DNA of 64,000 nt from Octopus sinensis (Eukaryota): positions 157,480,001 to 157,544,000 of the forward strand of contig NC_042998.1 of the NCBI RefSeq assembly GCF_006345805.1, in the 5' to 3' direction. How positions within the stretch are numbered: position 1 is the stretch's first letter; every line of letters starts with the position of its first letter. Of this stretch, positions 1 through 12,455 are shown one piece after another. The position numbers were made by a program, and so were the translations under genes. Below the pieces are notes generated by a model. The model was given only the letters and a program-made list of their open reading frames with translations, searched no databases and was not told the origin of the DNA.

Positions 1-418
1 AAGACCTACCAAAAACTGAGCAAATATAAAGATCTTGAAATAGAAATCAGCAAAATGTGGAACCTGAAGACTAAAACAATACCTGTTGTCATAGGTGCCC
101 TGGGAATGATAGCAAAAGGGGCTGATTGCTACCTAACTCAGATACCAAGAAACCCCAAAATAGCAAAAATTCAAAAGATAGTGCTCATGAGAACTGCTCA
201 TATCCTACGCAAAATACTTTCTATGTAATCTCAAGTTTTAAAACAAACATAATTTTCTTATGTTTTTTTAGACACTCGCTAGTACAACATTCAATACAAA
301 ACCAAATATATGGCACACTAGGCATAACAACATGAACTTCCAACCTGTTGTCTCTTGAGGTCTCTGGGTGAGACTTGGAGCCAACTTGTACAAATATTAA
401 GCAAAAGTCAAACGTAGA
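1..418 (+). mobile_element. R4/Dong-clade non-LTR retrotransposon family A, 3' end (RLE C-terminus plus 3'UTR), runs off the window start
   Basis: Frame from base 2 reads KTYQKLSKYKDLEIEISKMWNLKTKTIPVVIGALGMIAKGADCYL...HILRKILSM-stop; closely matches the minus copy at 19931-20360; ends in an (AAT)n tail. Confidence 0.85.
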
Positions 419-461
419 ATAATAATAATAATAATAATAATAGTAGTAGCAGTAGCAGTAC

Positions 462-520
<59 letters not shown>

Positions 521-525
521 ATAAC
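419..525. repeat. Compound (AAT)n/(AGT)n microsatellite
   Basis: Direct reading. Confidence 0.95.
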
Positions 526-537
526 AATACAAATGTT

Positions 538-1175
538 ACGGCATACGCTACAAATGATAAACAGCTGGAAACATTACTATAGACAGCACGCGGATTTACC
601 AAAGAAATAAATATGAAATCTAGCTTAGAAAATATGCCGAAGCAACCTTGAAAAGAGGAAAACTAGTTTAAGAGTAGCAACATCACACTATAGAAAGCAA
701 ATGAAATAAGAGAATTAGACCAAAACCAGACATACAAATATTTAGGAATCAATGAACTAGACACGATGCAGCATACACAATTGAAAGAGAAAATAAAAAA
801 AAGTATACTATAGACGAGTTAGATTAAAACTGAAAACAGTGCTGAATGCGAAAAACAAGATTATAGGTGTCAACACTTTAGCCGAGCGAGTTATAAGTTA
901 CAGCTACAATATCCTTAACGGGACACTAAATGAACTAACCAAAATAGAGAGGAAAACAAGAAAATTAATAACAGGATTTAGAATGCATCACCCAAAATCT
1001 GATATGGGAAAGTTATATATACAACGTATAGAAGGTGGTAGAGGCCTTATACAACTAGAAGACTGTTACAAAATAACCACCATAGTACTGCAGAAATACC
1101 TACTTCAGAAACAAGAAAAACTAATTCTAACAGCTAGAAAGCACGAGCAAAACTAAATACTGTTCTATATTTAAG
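538..1175 (+). mobile_element. R4/Dong family B RT/thumb fragment (degraded)
   Basis: YATNDKQLETL, TYKYLGINELD, LNAKNKIIGVNTLA, HHPKSDMGKLY..EGGRGL; homologous to 16900-17470 minus. Confidence 0.85.
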
Positions 1176-1594
1176 ACATGAGAAATTATGTACATTATCT
1201 CTCTATATATAAACGGCAATATGTTGTGTGTGTGTCCTTTATACCAATCCACAATTTTTCAGTTAGAGAGCTCACACTTTCTATGGTCAATCAAAACCGT
1301 CCAAGAGTGATCGTGCACATCTTTACATTTCCACAGTCACCCCGCAAAGCCATTAAAAAGATCAATAGAAGTGACTTTTTTGTGAATTTTCTATCCAAAA
1401 CCCAATCAAAATGCCCGAAACTTGATATGCCAATTGAATGCAAGCTAGCTGTATGTGATTGGTCGGAGACTTGGACAGTACCCGCGTGCATATGGAGTGC
1501 AGTAGATGAAAACATAGTGGAATCCATTAGTTATTAAGTTATAAGCAAATAATTTCATAAAATAAGAAATTCTGTTAGGCTTAGCAATTTTCTC

Positions 1595-1900
1595 TTATAA
1601 AGGGCTTGAAAATAAGCCTTATTCTAGACTTACATTTCGCGATAAGTTCGTTACGTTTGTTAGCATTTCTAAAATCAGCGAATAGAATTTCAAGGGTTTT
1701 GCGAATACAAATTTCAGACTCCCATTGCTACTATCGGGTTGCGTTTAGTCAAAGTTCGCTATTTAAATTCATAGTTAATGTTTTGGGACTAGAGTAAACA
1801 AATATGTTCAGCTAATGATGTATTAGATTTTAGATTAATATTGTGTATGAGTTGATATTCGGAATATCATCAGATCTAGTAGTTGAGCTTGTTAGCTTGG
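1595..1900 (-). mobile_element. Penelope-like element relic, C-terminal GIY-YIG region
   Basis: Minus frame NTSLAEHICLL*SQNINYEFK*...LEILFADFRNANKRNELIAKCKSRIRLIF resembles the PLE C-terminus (STALSKHIW...NKRSELISKCRH). Confidence 0.6.
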
Positions 1901-2019
1901 GTACAGTTCCCATTTAATTAATACGTTTCTCCAGGTTTGTAATTACATCAAGTTCAGGTGGACATGTTGTTGAAGATGGTAGTAGGTCCGTAATCAAAAG
2001 TTCTTGGTAACGACATCTT

Positions 2020-2410
2020 TTATCTTTTATCTTTTACTTGTTTCAGTTGTTACACTGCCGAATCCTGGAACACCACCTTGAAGAATTTTAGTCGAACGAA
2101 TCGACTATTCTATCGGTGAATTTGCCAAGCCGCTAGGTTGTGGAGACGCAAACGTACCAACCGCTGTTGTTAACTGGTCTTGCGGAACAAACATGGACAC
2201 AAAGGTTCACACATACATAGATACACACACAAACTCACACAAACACACACACACGTATACATATGACAAACGTCTTCCAGTTTCCATCTACCAAATCTAG
2301 TGAGAAAGCTTTTGTTGGCCCGAGGCTATAGTAGAAGACACTTGCCGAAGGGGAAAGCATTGGAATTGAACATACAACCATGTAGCTGGAAGCAAGCTTC
2401 TTATTACACA
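2020..2410 (-). mobile_element. Octopus-type tRNA-derived composite SINE (old copy)
   Basis: Reverse complement matches the SINE at 14776-15185 (ggcaagtgtcttctactatagcctcgggcc; actgaaacaagtaaaagataaaag tail). Confidence 0.8.
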
Positions 2411-2929
2411 GTCACGCCTATTCTTCATGTTAGTATCTGACTCAGTTGTGGGAATTGTAGTATTATTCTGGTCACCCATGGGAACCCGTCTGAGAGTCGA
2501 TCCTTGGCTTCCATATCAATAGTGCATTTAGCTTCAACCTAAATACATTATTAATATTACTATTAGTAGTCAACTGCCCAGTGTAATTAATATCATTTAT
2601 ATTTTTCTATATTTCCTCATTTCTACCTTGCTTAGTTTATCTAGTTTATCTTAGTTTATCCCCAGTACGAATAGATTGATTTCGATTGGCAAATCAGTAC
2701 TATCTTATGCAGATAGTAATGACAGGGATAACTACTGTACATCTTTAATCTACGAACCAATTAGCAGTAAATGTTTTCTCATTAATTAATTAATTATACG
2801 ATGTTCACAAATGTACCACTGGTCCTTGGACGAAATCGTGAAAGAGATGTTGTCTTCAGATAAAATGTCAGTTATTTCAGATGATAAATCTAAAATAAAA
2901 AACCAAAAAAAGAGGGAGGTTGATCTAGT

Positions 2930-4300
2930 GGTTGGCTATTAAACGTTGTTACACACCTCTGCCGACTCTGCTTGTAGCATCAGAAGCAAGGAATAAGCTG
3001 TCTGACTTGAAAGTGGCTGTACTCTCGCTACGAGAAGCAGCAAGTAATATCCCGGTTAAAACACTATTTGAAAACATTTTGTTATCTCGGACCAAACATC
3101 ACACAATGTTCGGGTTGAAAGGATCGTAGCAGAAAATCTCGGCACAGAACACGTACCTGAACATCTGTTTTGTAATGCATACCCTTCGCTTATGTTCAGT
3201 CGAGTAATAACTAAACAGTAGAGCGATATCGAGAATGCAATTGGAGGGGACAATATTTATTCGAGTTTCTTGTAAATGTAACACGGCGCTCATCCATAGT
3301 CACTGAATAGGCTCTTGATTGCATGACAAGATTAATGGAACAGGATTTTGATCACAAGTTATGGAACAAAGCCGATGAATTCGACAAGCACATTCAACAA
3401 CAAGTTAATAAATCCATTGTCCTGAAGAATGAATTTTTTGACTGTCTCATTTTGACTTGTGCAATAACTTTTACCACCTGGATGATGTGGCAAAATACGA
3501 GCAGGTTACAATCCAACTGGCTTGTATCGTGCAATGTTACATAGATCTGGTGTTTTCCAAATTCTTGTATTGCACAGGTGTGCTGATTGGACTGCACCTT
3601 GTCAAACCATTCCTTTCGCCCACCACAACCTACTCAAAACTTGTACCTGTTTTCAAACAACTTTGTGATGACCTTTCCACAGTGGATCCAAACCGAATAT
3701 AGATAGTCCTGCACTCAGTTTGGTATCTTCTAGCAGATTCTAGGAAACCAGATATGATGAAGATATATGCTGGAAACATCATCAAAGTGTCTCCCCATGC
3801 TCTGGCAAACATGGACTTAGCTAAATTAGAGAGAACTCTCATTCACAATCTCGACTCAGAACGTAGTGTGGGACTAATCACCTATGAGTTGAGTCATCGT
3901 GGTGGCAAGCAACTCAAATTAGCATTTCCTTCCCAAGTTATATCCAAGTCGGCTGATCTGCTTGAACGTCGAGAGCCTAGGGGATAGAGTGAGTGGCTGA
4001 CATCATTAAAGAATGGGATTACCGCTATCAGCAGTTAGTGGTGGAGGGACTGGAGAAGAAGGAATTCGCCAACATTGCAGTGGATAGACGATGAACAGCC
4101 GACTTGGATATTTTAAAAAATCATGGTGGACTGTTAAGTAGCATCACTAAGGTAGATGCTATCTCATAGCAGATATACCAGATAAAGAAAAGGTCGATAG
4201 GCTGCATTTAGAAATCAGATATGCCAAAGACGCTGCCCTTTCTGTGACAAAAAGCAGCATTGAACAAATTTATCAAAAACTGCCATGCAATAAATTTGAA
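2930..4300 (+). pseudogene. Degraded DDE transposase-like ORF with CxxH-type motif, superfamily unassigned
   Basis: Frameshifted protein-like segments SEARNKLSDLKVAVLSL, EHVPEHLFCNAYPSLMF, ALDCMTRLMEQDFDHKLWNKADEFD, KYEQVTIQLACIVQC, HNLDSERSVGLITYEL; no TIRs found. Confidence 0.5.
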
Positions 4301-5799
4301 AATTTACTTGGATAATGTGAGTGGTAAGACAGACGTAAGCTTTATTCACTTCAATCATGCATTGGATGACTTGGTGTGAAGTTCGGAAGCTATAATGGTT
4401 ATAAACATATTATTGTATCATATAAATTATGGAACTCGGGGAATTGTTTTTCTTTTGCAAAGTTAAATTACTTAATTATTTGTTATTAAACTCAAAAACA
4501 TATGAAGACATATCACAACACATTCTTGGTACAGCTACTGATTTCATTAAAAATTTGTGTATTTTGGTCGCGATCTTGGATTTCCACTATATTTGATAAT
4601 CAAATTGTAAAACTATAAAAATACTATTTTTAGATTCAGCGTATTAAAAATCCCATGCTAATCTACAATACTATATATTTACGTATACTGTGGGGTCTTA
4701 AATCGATCAAATTAGTACTTATATTTTGTGTGTGTATGTGGTGGGGGGTTAAACTTCAAGTGATATGTACAGGGGTGTTTCCAAGATCGAAATCGCAAAA
4801 AGAGCTTATATCATTGTTTTGTGAACTTAACCACAAGTTTTCAGGCAGCTCTCCAAAAAGAAGCTCGAGAGAATTAAAATAATACTGTGCCACATTTCTC
4901 AGTCGAATTTTGGGTGTTAAAAGCAAGTTCTTTCTGTATTTTCAATTACCATCCTGTTGAGGATATATAACTTATAGCCTATAAATATTAACCTATTTTA
5001 AAAATTTATATTTGTTTCTGTCATGAATCAAATGCGTTTATAATAGTGTGTCCTAAACATGTATTTAATTTCTGAGAGTTGCATTTGATATAGTTCCAAC
5101 TGTTTTTCGCACATTTACCAGTATTTCGTTTATTAAGATGACAGCGTTTATAATTAATTCTTGTCTGTTTTGGGTTGTCTTGGTTCATTTCTATATCATA
5201 AAAGGCGTATACAATCTTTGCACAGTCTGTGCAGTATTACCATCTCCAGTGTACAATTTGAAGGTGTATATCTATAAAAGATGGTTAAATTTCATCCCAT
5301 ACTTGTGTTTCTAGCCCGCTTACATATAACAATTTCGTTAAATGTGCTAACGCCGAAAGAACAGTTATGAAATATTTCACTTCCAACTAAAATGCTTTGA
5401 AAATATACATACTCTATTGGCAATAATAAAATTGTTCAATATATACTTGTATAAACTTAATTAATGTAATAATGACACTCATTTTATGCATAACATGTAT
5501 TTAGTTGAGAAAAAGTCTGGGGAAAGTGATGGAGTCTGCAACCTGATTACACAGTAGTCCTAGGTTAAGGCAGACTTCTTTCAGAAATGCTCTTAACAAA
5601 TGCATAAAGGACGTACATAATTTTGTTCCTGACTCTGATAAACTGGTTTTGCGACAAAGAAACATTTTTTACGATAAGGTGGCGAATTAGTAGAATCGCT
5701 AGCACGCCTGATAAAATGCCTAGCGGTACTTCTAGCTTTACGTTATATGTTCAAATACCGCTGTGGTGGATTTTGTCATTCATCTTTTCGTGGTCGATG

Positions 5800-5892
5800 A
5801 AATAAGTATCATTTAAGCACTGGAATCGATGCATCGACTAAACCTCTCCCCACAAATTTCAGGCCTTGTGTCCCTAGTAGAACGTATTATAC
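5800..5892 (+). mobile_element. SINE 3' fragment (second octopus SINE family)
   Basis: aaataagta...tcgac...aaatttcaggccttgtg...agtagaa matches 52395-52810 and the reverse complement of 30003-30200. Confidence 0.7.
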
Positions 5893-6229
5893 TATACTCC
5901 GATTATGAGTTTTTTTCTCTTCTATTTTGGTCTTGTCAAGCGAGAATGACATGCTTCGCCAAGACAGTCTAATACAACTAAAATGTTTTCGCTTCTTACC
6001 TAGTTGGATGGAAGAAGGTAGCTAGTTACATTTTGTATTGTCTAAATTACTCAAAACATTTCGATCACAGGAGATATTTCCGTTACTTGTTTTTCAATTT
6101 TTACCAACCATGTTTGGAGTTCTAAACTTAGTTGAATGAAATCATTTAAATCACTATATCTCACATCCGTATTTGGATGCAGAAACATCTGCCATACTAT
6201 AATTTACTCATTTATTGTTAATATTTTTT

Positions 6230-6500
6230 GCCATAATGACGAAGATGACGATGGTGATGATGAAGTCAACGGCGATGGTAGTAGTAGGTGTGATGATGTT
6301 GACGATGATGATGGCGGTAGTGGTAGCAGAGGTGGCGATGATGATAATGATGATGTTCAAGAGAAAGGAAATGTATAAAGATGTTAAGAGCAAGGTGGAG
6401 TAAGAAAAGGACGATAATAATGATAGCATCATAATGATGATGATAATGACGACGACTAAGGCGACTACGATGATGATAAAGAGGAGGATGATAAATAAAA
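6230..6500. repeat. Degenerate (GAT)n low-complexity tract
   Basis: Direct reading; explains the poly-D/M/I ORFs. Confidence 0.9.
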
Positions 6501-8086
6501 TTTCTAATATTGAAAATTGCCTGAAGGAGTACTGCTGTCAATTTTATGATCTGAAATGTGGCTTGAAGCATTATGATTGTAAATATCAGAGTGGTGAAGA
6601 TCAGATGAAAAATGCCGGAATCATAACAGCGTCAGATAAAATACCTTAAGTTAGAAACATACATATAAGGTAACTGCTAGAGGGGAAAATTAAATCGAAT
6701 GTACACTTGAAGTAGAAATCAATGTGAGAAATCAGTATTAGAATGGTCAGGAGCCGGCATAAATATCTGATCTCAGAAGCCGATTTTGATCCAAGGTTAA
6801 GGCCGACTTACTTTACTAATGCTATTAAGAAACAGACAAATGACGCACGAAGCGGCGGATAAACTAAACGTCAAATATTAGTGGTATGTTTAGTGTAGGT
6901 CGAATGAAACAGTTCCTCTTCCGCTTAGCATACATGGATATTTGGCATTGTGGCTGTATGGTAATATAAGAAATCGTTGAGAATCATGAATTGCTTTAGA
7001 AAATTGCAGATGCAATGTTGATTATGATAACTAGTGAAGCGATGACGACGACTATAATTGTGGTGATGATATGATGTGTTATCAATACTTTAGTATACGA
7101 CACCAGCTGATGTTCATGATACTTATATTTAGATGTAGTGATATTGTTGATGATAATTAAGACGGCAGAAAGTATGATAATACTGGTTTTGATGATAACG
7201 GTGGTAATTTTCTGATATTACTTTATTACTGTCGTTCGTATTCTGTACATACAGTACTTTTCAGTTTTGCTGTAAATATAGACACGTAATGCCAGTCAAC
7301 GTTTTAATTTATTATTGTTGCGTTATCACTGTTCTTATTGTTTCTGTTCTTGCCATAGGGTTCTCACCATACAGTAATCTCATTACCTGTTGCTGTCAAG
7401 CAGTCAATCACATTCTTTGCACAGGTTCAGTAGTAGCCATGATTTAGCAACGTGTTCCTATAACTTGTATCTCTGATGCAGAAATGACAGTTTAAAGACA
7501 CTTCTTATCCAATAACCAAATAATCTTTTCTTTATATTTCTTATACACATGTCTGTTATCTATTCATATTAAGTTCTTACATTTGACATTTATAGCATTT
7601 TCAGACTCTATTCGAAAGTCTTCCGGGCATTCCACACATTTACTTTCACATTCCTCATTTTACAGTCATCAGTATATATAAAAGGCAGGATATGTGTGTG
7701 GGGGTGTGCGTGTGTGTGAGTGTGTGTGTACGTGAATGTAATTTATGCACATCTTCAAATTAGCACGCATGTCGCTCCAATTTTAGGAGGACATTAGTCA
7801 TCAATCGAGCTGTATTTTCGTCAACTTATTTTTCCCATAAATTTTTAACAATTTCCAAGTCGGAGAAATCACCCTTGTTTACAAACAGGAGTTTGTCCCC
7901 TTCTAGCGATGAGTAAGTTTTTGTTAAGATTTTTGTTGCCTTTTTTCCATCGAGGAGAAAAGTATTTTGCTGATATACGGGCAACACACACGAACATGTA
8001 TGCATACAAGAAACATGTATGAAATAGGTGTACGTACGTGTGTGTATGTGGGTGTGTATGTTCCCATACACACACACACATACACA

Positions 8087-8134
<48 letters not shown>

Positions 8135-8142
<8 letters not shown>

Positions 8143-8628
8143 CTTAAGACTTAGTTGTGATCTGAACATAACCGCTTCTGACACAGAGAATTGGGAGCCC
8201 TTTTGGGAATTCTATTTTCCTTGCTGGAAGGGCTCCCAATCCATGGGCAAAGGGGGTTTAGATGATGGGGTGATGTTTTCAAAGGGCTCGCATGTGCAAC
8301 CTGATCACCTCTTCCGATCAGACTCCCAACTCATGCGCTCCCGTCGCGACACTGATTCTGCAGAACTGGGTTGGGTGTGAAAACCAACTTTAAAGTATAA
8401 TTATAGATGTTTTTGAATCAGCAATATTGTGTTCGGTTAAGTCCTATTTGGGGTGAAAAATTAATAAATCAAGTTGTCAGCAACTCATTTTCAGCTAAAA
8501 GTTTACCAATTTCAACAGATTTCGCTCAAATTTGGCGTCGATGCTACTTAGTTTGGTTTGAAATAAAAGAACTTGATTAGCTTAATAATTCTAACTTAAT
8601 CACGGGCAAAGCCGGGCTATACTGCTAG
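8135..8628 (+). mobile_element. Non-autonomous Helitron-like element
   Basis: 3' hairpin cacgggcaaagccggg followed by CTAG|T at 8625-8629; 5' end uncertain. Confidence 0.55.
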
Positions 8629-8891
8629 TTTTGTATATTTTGCTACCCGAGTAAATAACTAAATTTTACTCTGCTGATTCTAGTCATTTTAATCCAATGA
8701 TTCTAGTCTGCGTTTGTTTACTATGAATAAATTCGTTTGACATCCGAAGTGACCAAATCTGACGTTTGTAACATAGACGTTTTGATGCTGCAATGTTCCA
8801 CTCTTCGTGGTAACTAATTTATAAAAATGCAAACTCACTTAAATTTGTATCCTTTCGTCTTATATTATCTTTATTTGATACTTTGAAGAAA

Positions 8892-10172
8892 TACAAGGAG
8901 GTACCCAAAATAAACCGGAATTTTGCAATATTATTTTATGCACTTAGTTTACACTTTTATCGCATTCAAATTATTCTCCATTCGAAGCAATTCATCGATC
9001 CAGACACGTTTTCCATTATTCGTAGTCCTAAAACTCTTGCGAAGTGAAACTTTTTAACGCCTCCGTTGTTTTTTCTTCACCTCTTCCACATCTGCGAAAC
9101 GTTTTCCGTTATGGACGTTTTTCTTTCGGGGGAACCAATAAAGTTGAAGGGAGCAAGATCGCGTGAATAGGTAAACGGGGTCATGCCATTTTTGTTCAAA
9201 AACTGTCTCACATCCAAGGTGGTGTGCGAAGCAACATTGTCGTGATGAAAACACCACTCAATTTTGCCACTAGTCGGGGCGTTTTCGTCACTTGCCGTTT
9301 CTCGAAAACGCTTCAAAACTGTCAAGTAAAATGTATAGTTAATAGTTTGACCAGGAGGAACGAATACTGTGTGGACAATTCCCTTGGCATCGATGAAACA
9401 TCAGCATCGTCGTGCCATTGGGCTTCACATGACGCTTGTGGGAGTGTAGTGATGTTGAATGCTTCCATTGACTTGGTTTCTGCTTCGTTTTCGGGTCGTA
9501 GCCGTTGCACCAGCTTTCGTCACCAGTGATGACCTTCGATAAACGATTCGGATCAACTTCACGATACGCATTCACTCCTGACTTCTTTTGATCTTCTGTG
9601 AGTAAGTGAGGCACACATTTTACTGCAACTCTTTTAATTCACAATCCCTCGATTAAAATTCGTTGGCAGGATCTCCAGGACACACCAGTTACATCGACAA
9701 GTAGTTCGCCAACTGTTCGGCGATGCTCCTCGAAGATCTGTTCATGAATTTTCATGATGTTTTCATTCGTCTGGGAGATCGACGGTCGCCCTGAATAAGG
9801 TTGGTCTTCAAGTGATAGCTGACCATTCCTGAAGTGTGAAAATCAGTGGCAAACTTATGTTTTGCTCATGGCAGCGTCATTGTAAGCTGTTTGAAGCATG
9901 GCAACTATTTCGGCTGCCTTTTCTCCGGCGGAAAACAGAATTTCACGGAAGCACGCTGTCCCTTCGTTTCTGCCATTGCAAAAGTCGACGAACCAGGAAG
10001 AAGTACTGCAAAACAAAAACGTCCCACTTGGCAGTGCGATGGCAGTCGACGACGTCGGTCGACAGACTGATGCCTGAGGATCGCATCAACTGTCTTCTAG
10101 CGGCGGAGCCTGAACTACAACGGGCTTGCCCACAGAGAGCGTTTCCAGTTACTTTAGGTATATCCTCGTGTT
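8892..10172 (-). mobile_element. mariner (DD34D-type) transposon, full length but degraded
   Basis: MPHLLT, VITGDESWCNGYDPKTKQ, HHDNVASH, YSRDLAPFNF; imperfect TIRs caaggaggtacccaaaataaaccgg and ccagttactttaggtatatcctcgtg; about 1.28 kb. Confidence 0.85.
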
Positions 10173-12139
10173 TTATCTCATGTTAAAATGGAATTGATGG
10201 CAACACTAACGACCACTTGTTTCGATTTATTCTCAAAATAGTTTTATTATGAGTCTGTTTCCTATTATATGTAACTGTGCTAAGTATAGATGAATTCATG
10301 GGGTTATTTCTTGTCTCAAACATCTAGTCGGGTTATTAGTACATACAATATATTAGTACATAAAATATATATGTATTTATAACCTATCATGCTAATGCCA
10401 GTTGAGTGATCAACAGCTATATGAGATAAATGTAGCACAGTTATTTTGAATAATGTATCCCAGTTAGTTTGGGAATAAGGAATGCCATGCTTTTTCTGGT
10501 GTAATAATTGGTAACGCTACTCTAATAGGTAAATCATTTACAAACTTACTCACATAATACGTTATTTTACGTCTTTAGTCCTGTTGATTTTTAAAATCTA
10601 TTTGTTTATGATATATTGTGTAAAACAGACTTAACTTGTTGCAAATATTGATTGAAAGAGGAAAACATGTTATCTCTAGCATTTAATTTATTTGAAAACT
10701 TATTCTAGGTATAAATATATGTGTGTGTGTATTTTGTGTGTGTGCATGTATGTTTATACGCGTGCGCACGTGCATCTGTGTGTGTGGATACCTATGTATA
10801 GGTATTATATACACACCTACATAAACGTATATGTATCTCTGTCTGTCTCCCTCTGTCTTGGCACTTGTGGGGATAAATGGATAGCTAGTTAGAAATAGTG
10901 GAAATGAAACAAAAGAATTTCTTCGTTAGTTAAGTTAAAACGAAATTCCAACTGATATGCCACTTTAAAAGAATGTTACATGTTTATTTTCGTTCATGCT
11001 TAGAACGTAAAGCGAAAATATAAACTGTGATAAACTTTGATGTGTACAGAAAATCAAAAGCAACGATGTACGAAGCATTCTTAATAGGATCGTTGACATT
11101 CGAACTTCTATATACTAACCGTTCTTGAATTTTATCCATGAAGTACATGGTCGCTTTTCCAGACTATTTGTGTTGATAATGCGTTAGAATAATTGACCCA
11201 CTTGAGGTACTTTCGACTGAGGAAACACAACCATATTAAAATATGGGTACTAAGAATGGAGATGTACATTATTGTCATTGACTCAAATCTAAATTCTAAA
11301 TGTTAAAAAACTTTTTCTAGCATTGGAATTTAACGAACTCGACTTACAATTTCTTATGAAGACTTTCAAGTATAACGCATTGTACTATATAGTTCTTCTG
11401 ATAGAAAAAAATAAGCCCAAACAAAGACGGAGAAGTGGGACTACTAAAGCGCGCGCACACACACACATGCACAAATTATATGGGAGTTAACCTGCTCAAA
11501 CTGATGAGTCAAAAGTGTGCTCCCTAATTAATCTTTACCTGTCATGATCAGAAAAATCATTAGCTTTATAGATGCTTCTTAACAAAAGGGAGACAAATGA
11601 CGTAGTGTGTGTGATCTTTAGTAAGCGCGGCAACAACTCCGGGAATATATTATTATTATTATTATTGGATCTCCTCAGAAAAGCGTAGTTTTCCTTGAAC
11701 TAATCACCTTTTAGAATAAGAACCTGTATAAGAAATTAGGGATATACGAGTTTATTGAACAAGCCATTTAAAATAAGGACATGAAAAATATCATAGGGAT
11801 ACCTTCAACAGTAGAACGTCTACATAAATGGCGTCTAATATGCTGGATGTAATGAAACAATATAATTACTTACTTAGTTAAAATATGCATTCGTTATGGA
11901 AGTAAAGTAAAGCGGTAATGTTCAATGCAAGGAAAACATCTCTAAATTTCAAATTACTTAAAAATCGATTGACCTCATGCAGAGAAAGTGATTCTGATCG
12001 TTAGAAAATACGTTGGCAAATCTTGGAATGTTTTGGTTATATTAGACCTTGTCAACGACGTATAAACTGTTATGTATTTGTCTACAATCAATATTTTAAT
12101 CAGTTTGAATTTCGGATTTGTCTGACTCAGCTTTGATAC

Positions 12140-12280
12140 GAATTATCTGTTTCGAATTTTGACACAAAACCAGCAACTTCGGGGGAAGGGATAAATCGAT
12201 AACATCGACCCTAGTACTCCAGTGGTACTTATTTTATCGAATGTATGAAAGGCATAGCAGACCTGTACTAAATTTTCATT
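12140..12280 (-). mobile_element. SINE fragment
   Basis: atcgataacatcgacc...gtggtacttattttatcga matches the second SINE family in reverse complement. Confidence 0.65.
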
Positions 12281-12420
12281 AAAAAAATTACGTGTGTGCA
12301 TGCGTGTATGTATGTGTGTTTTCATGCAAAACTAACGATGTGAGAAACAGCAGAGAGATAAATTGAGATCAAAGTGTAATTATTAGGTTGTCATTCGAGA
12401 TGTTGGAAATTAGAAATGCC

Positions 12421-12455
12421 TTTGATGTTTCGAACACAATCTCTTCTTCAGAAAA
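12421..12455 (-). ncRNA. Degenerate minimal hammerhead ribozyme in a PLE-derived repeat
   Basis: Reverse complement TTTT CTGAAGA A GAG attgtg TTC GAAA CATC AAA. Confidence 0.45.

Noticed and set aside
6136-6649. Acidic and poly-Met ORFs
   Set aside because: Translation of degenerate (GAT)n repeats
7387-7470. Minus-strand CAG|GTAATG donor with an upstream acceptor
   Set aside because: Stops in all three frames
11500-11560. CTGATGAG motif
   Set aside because: No stem II/GAAA or stem I complement downstream
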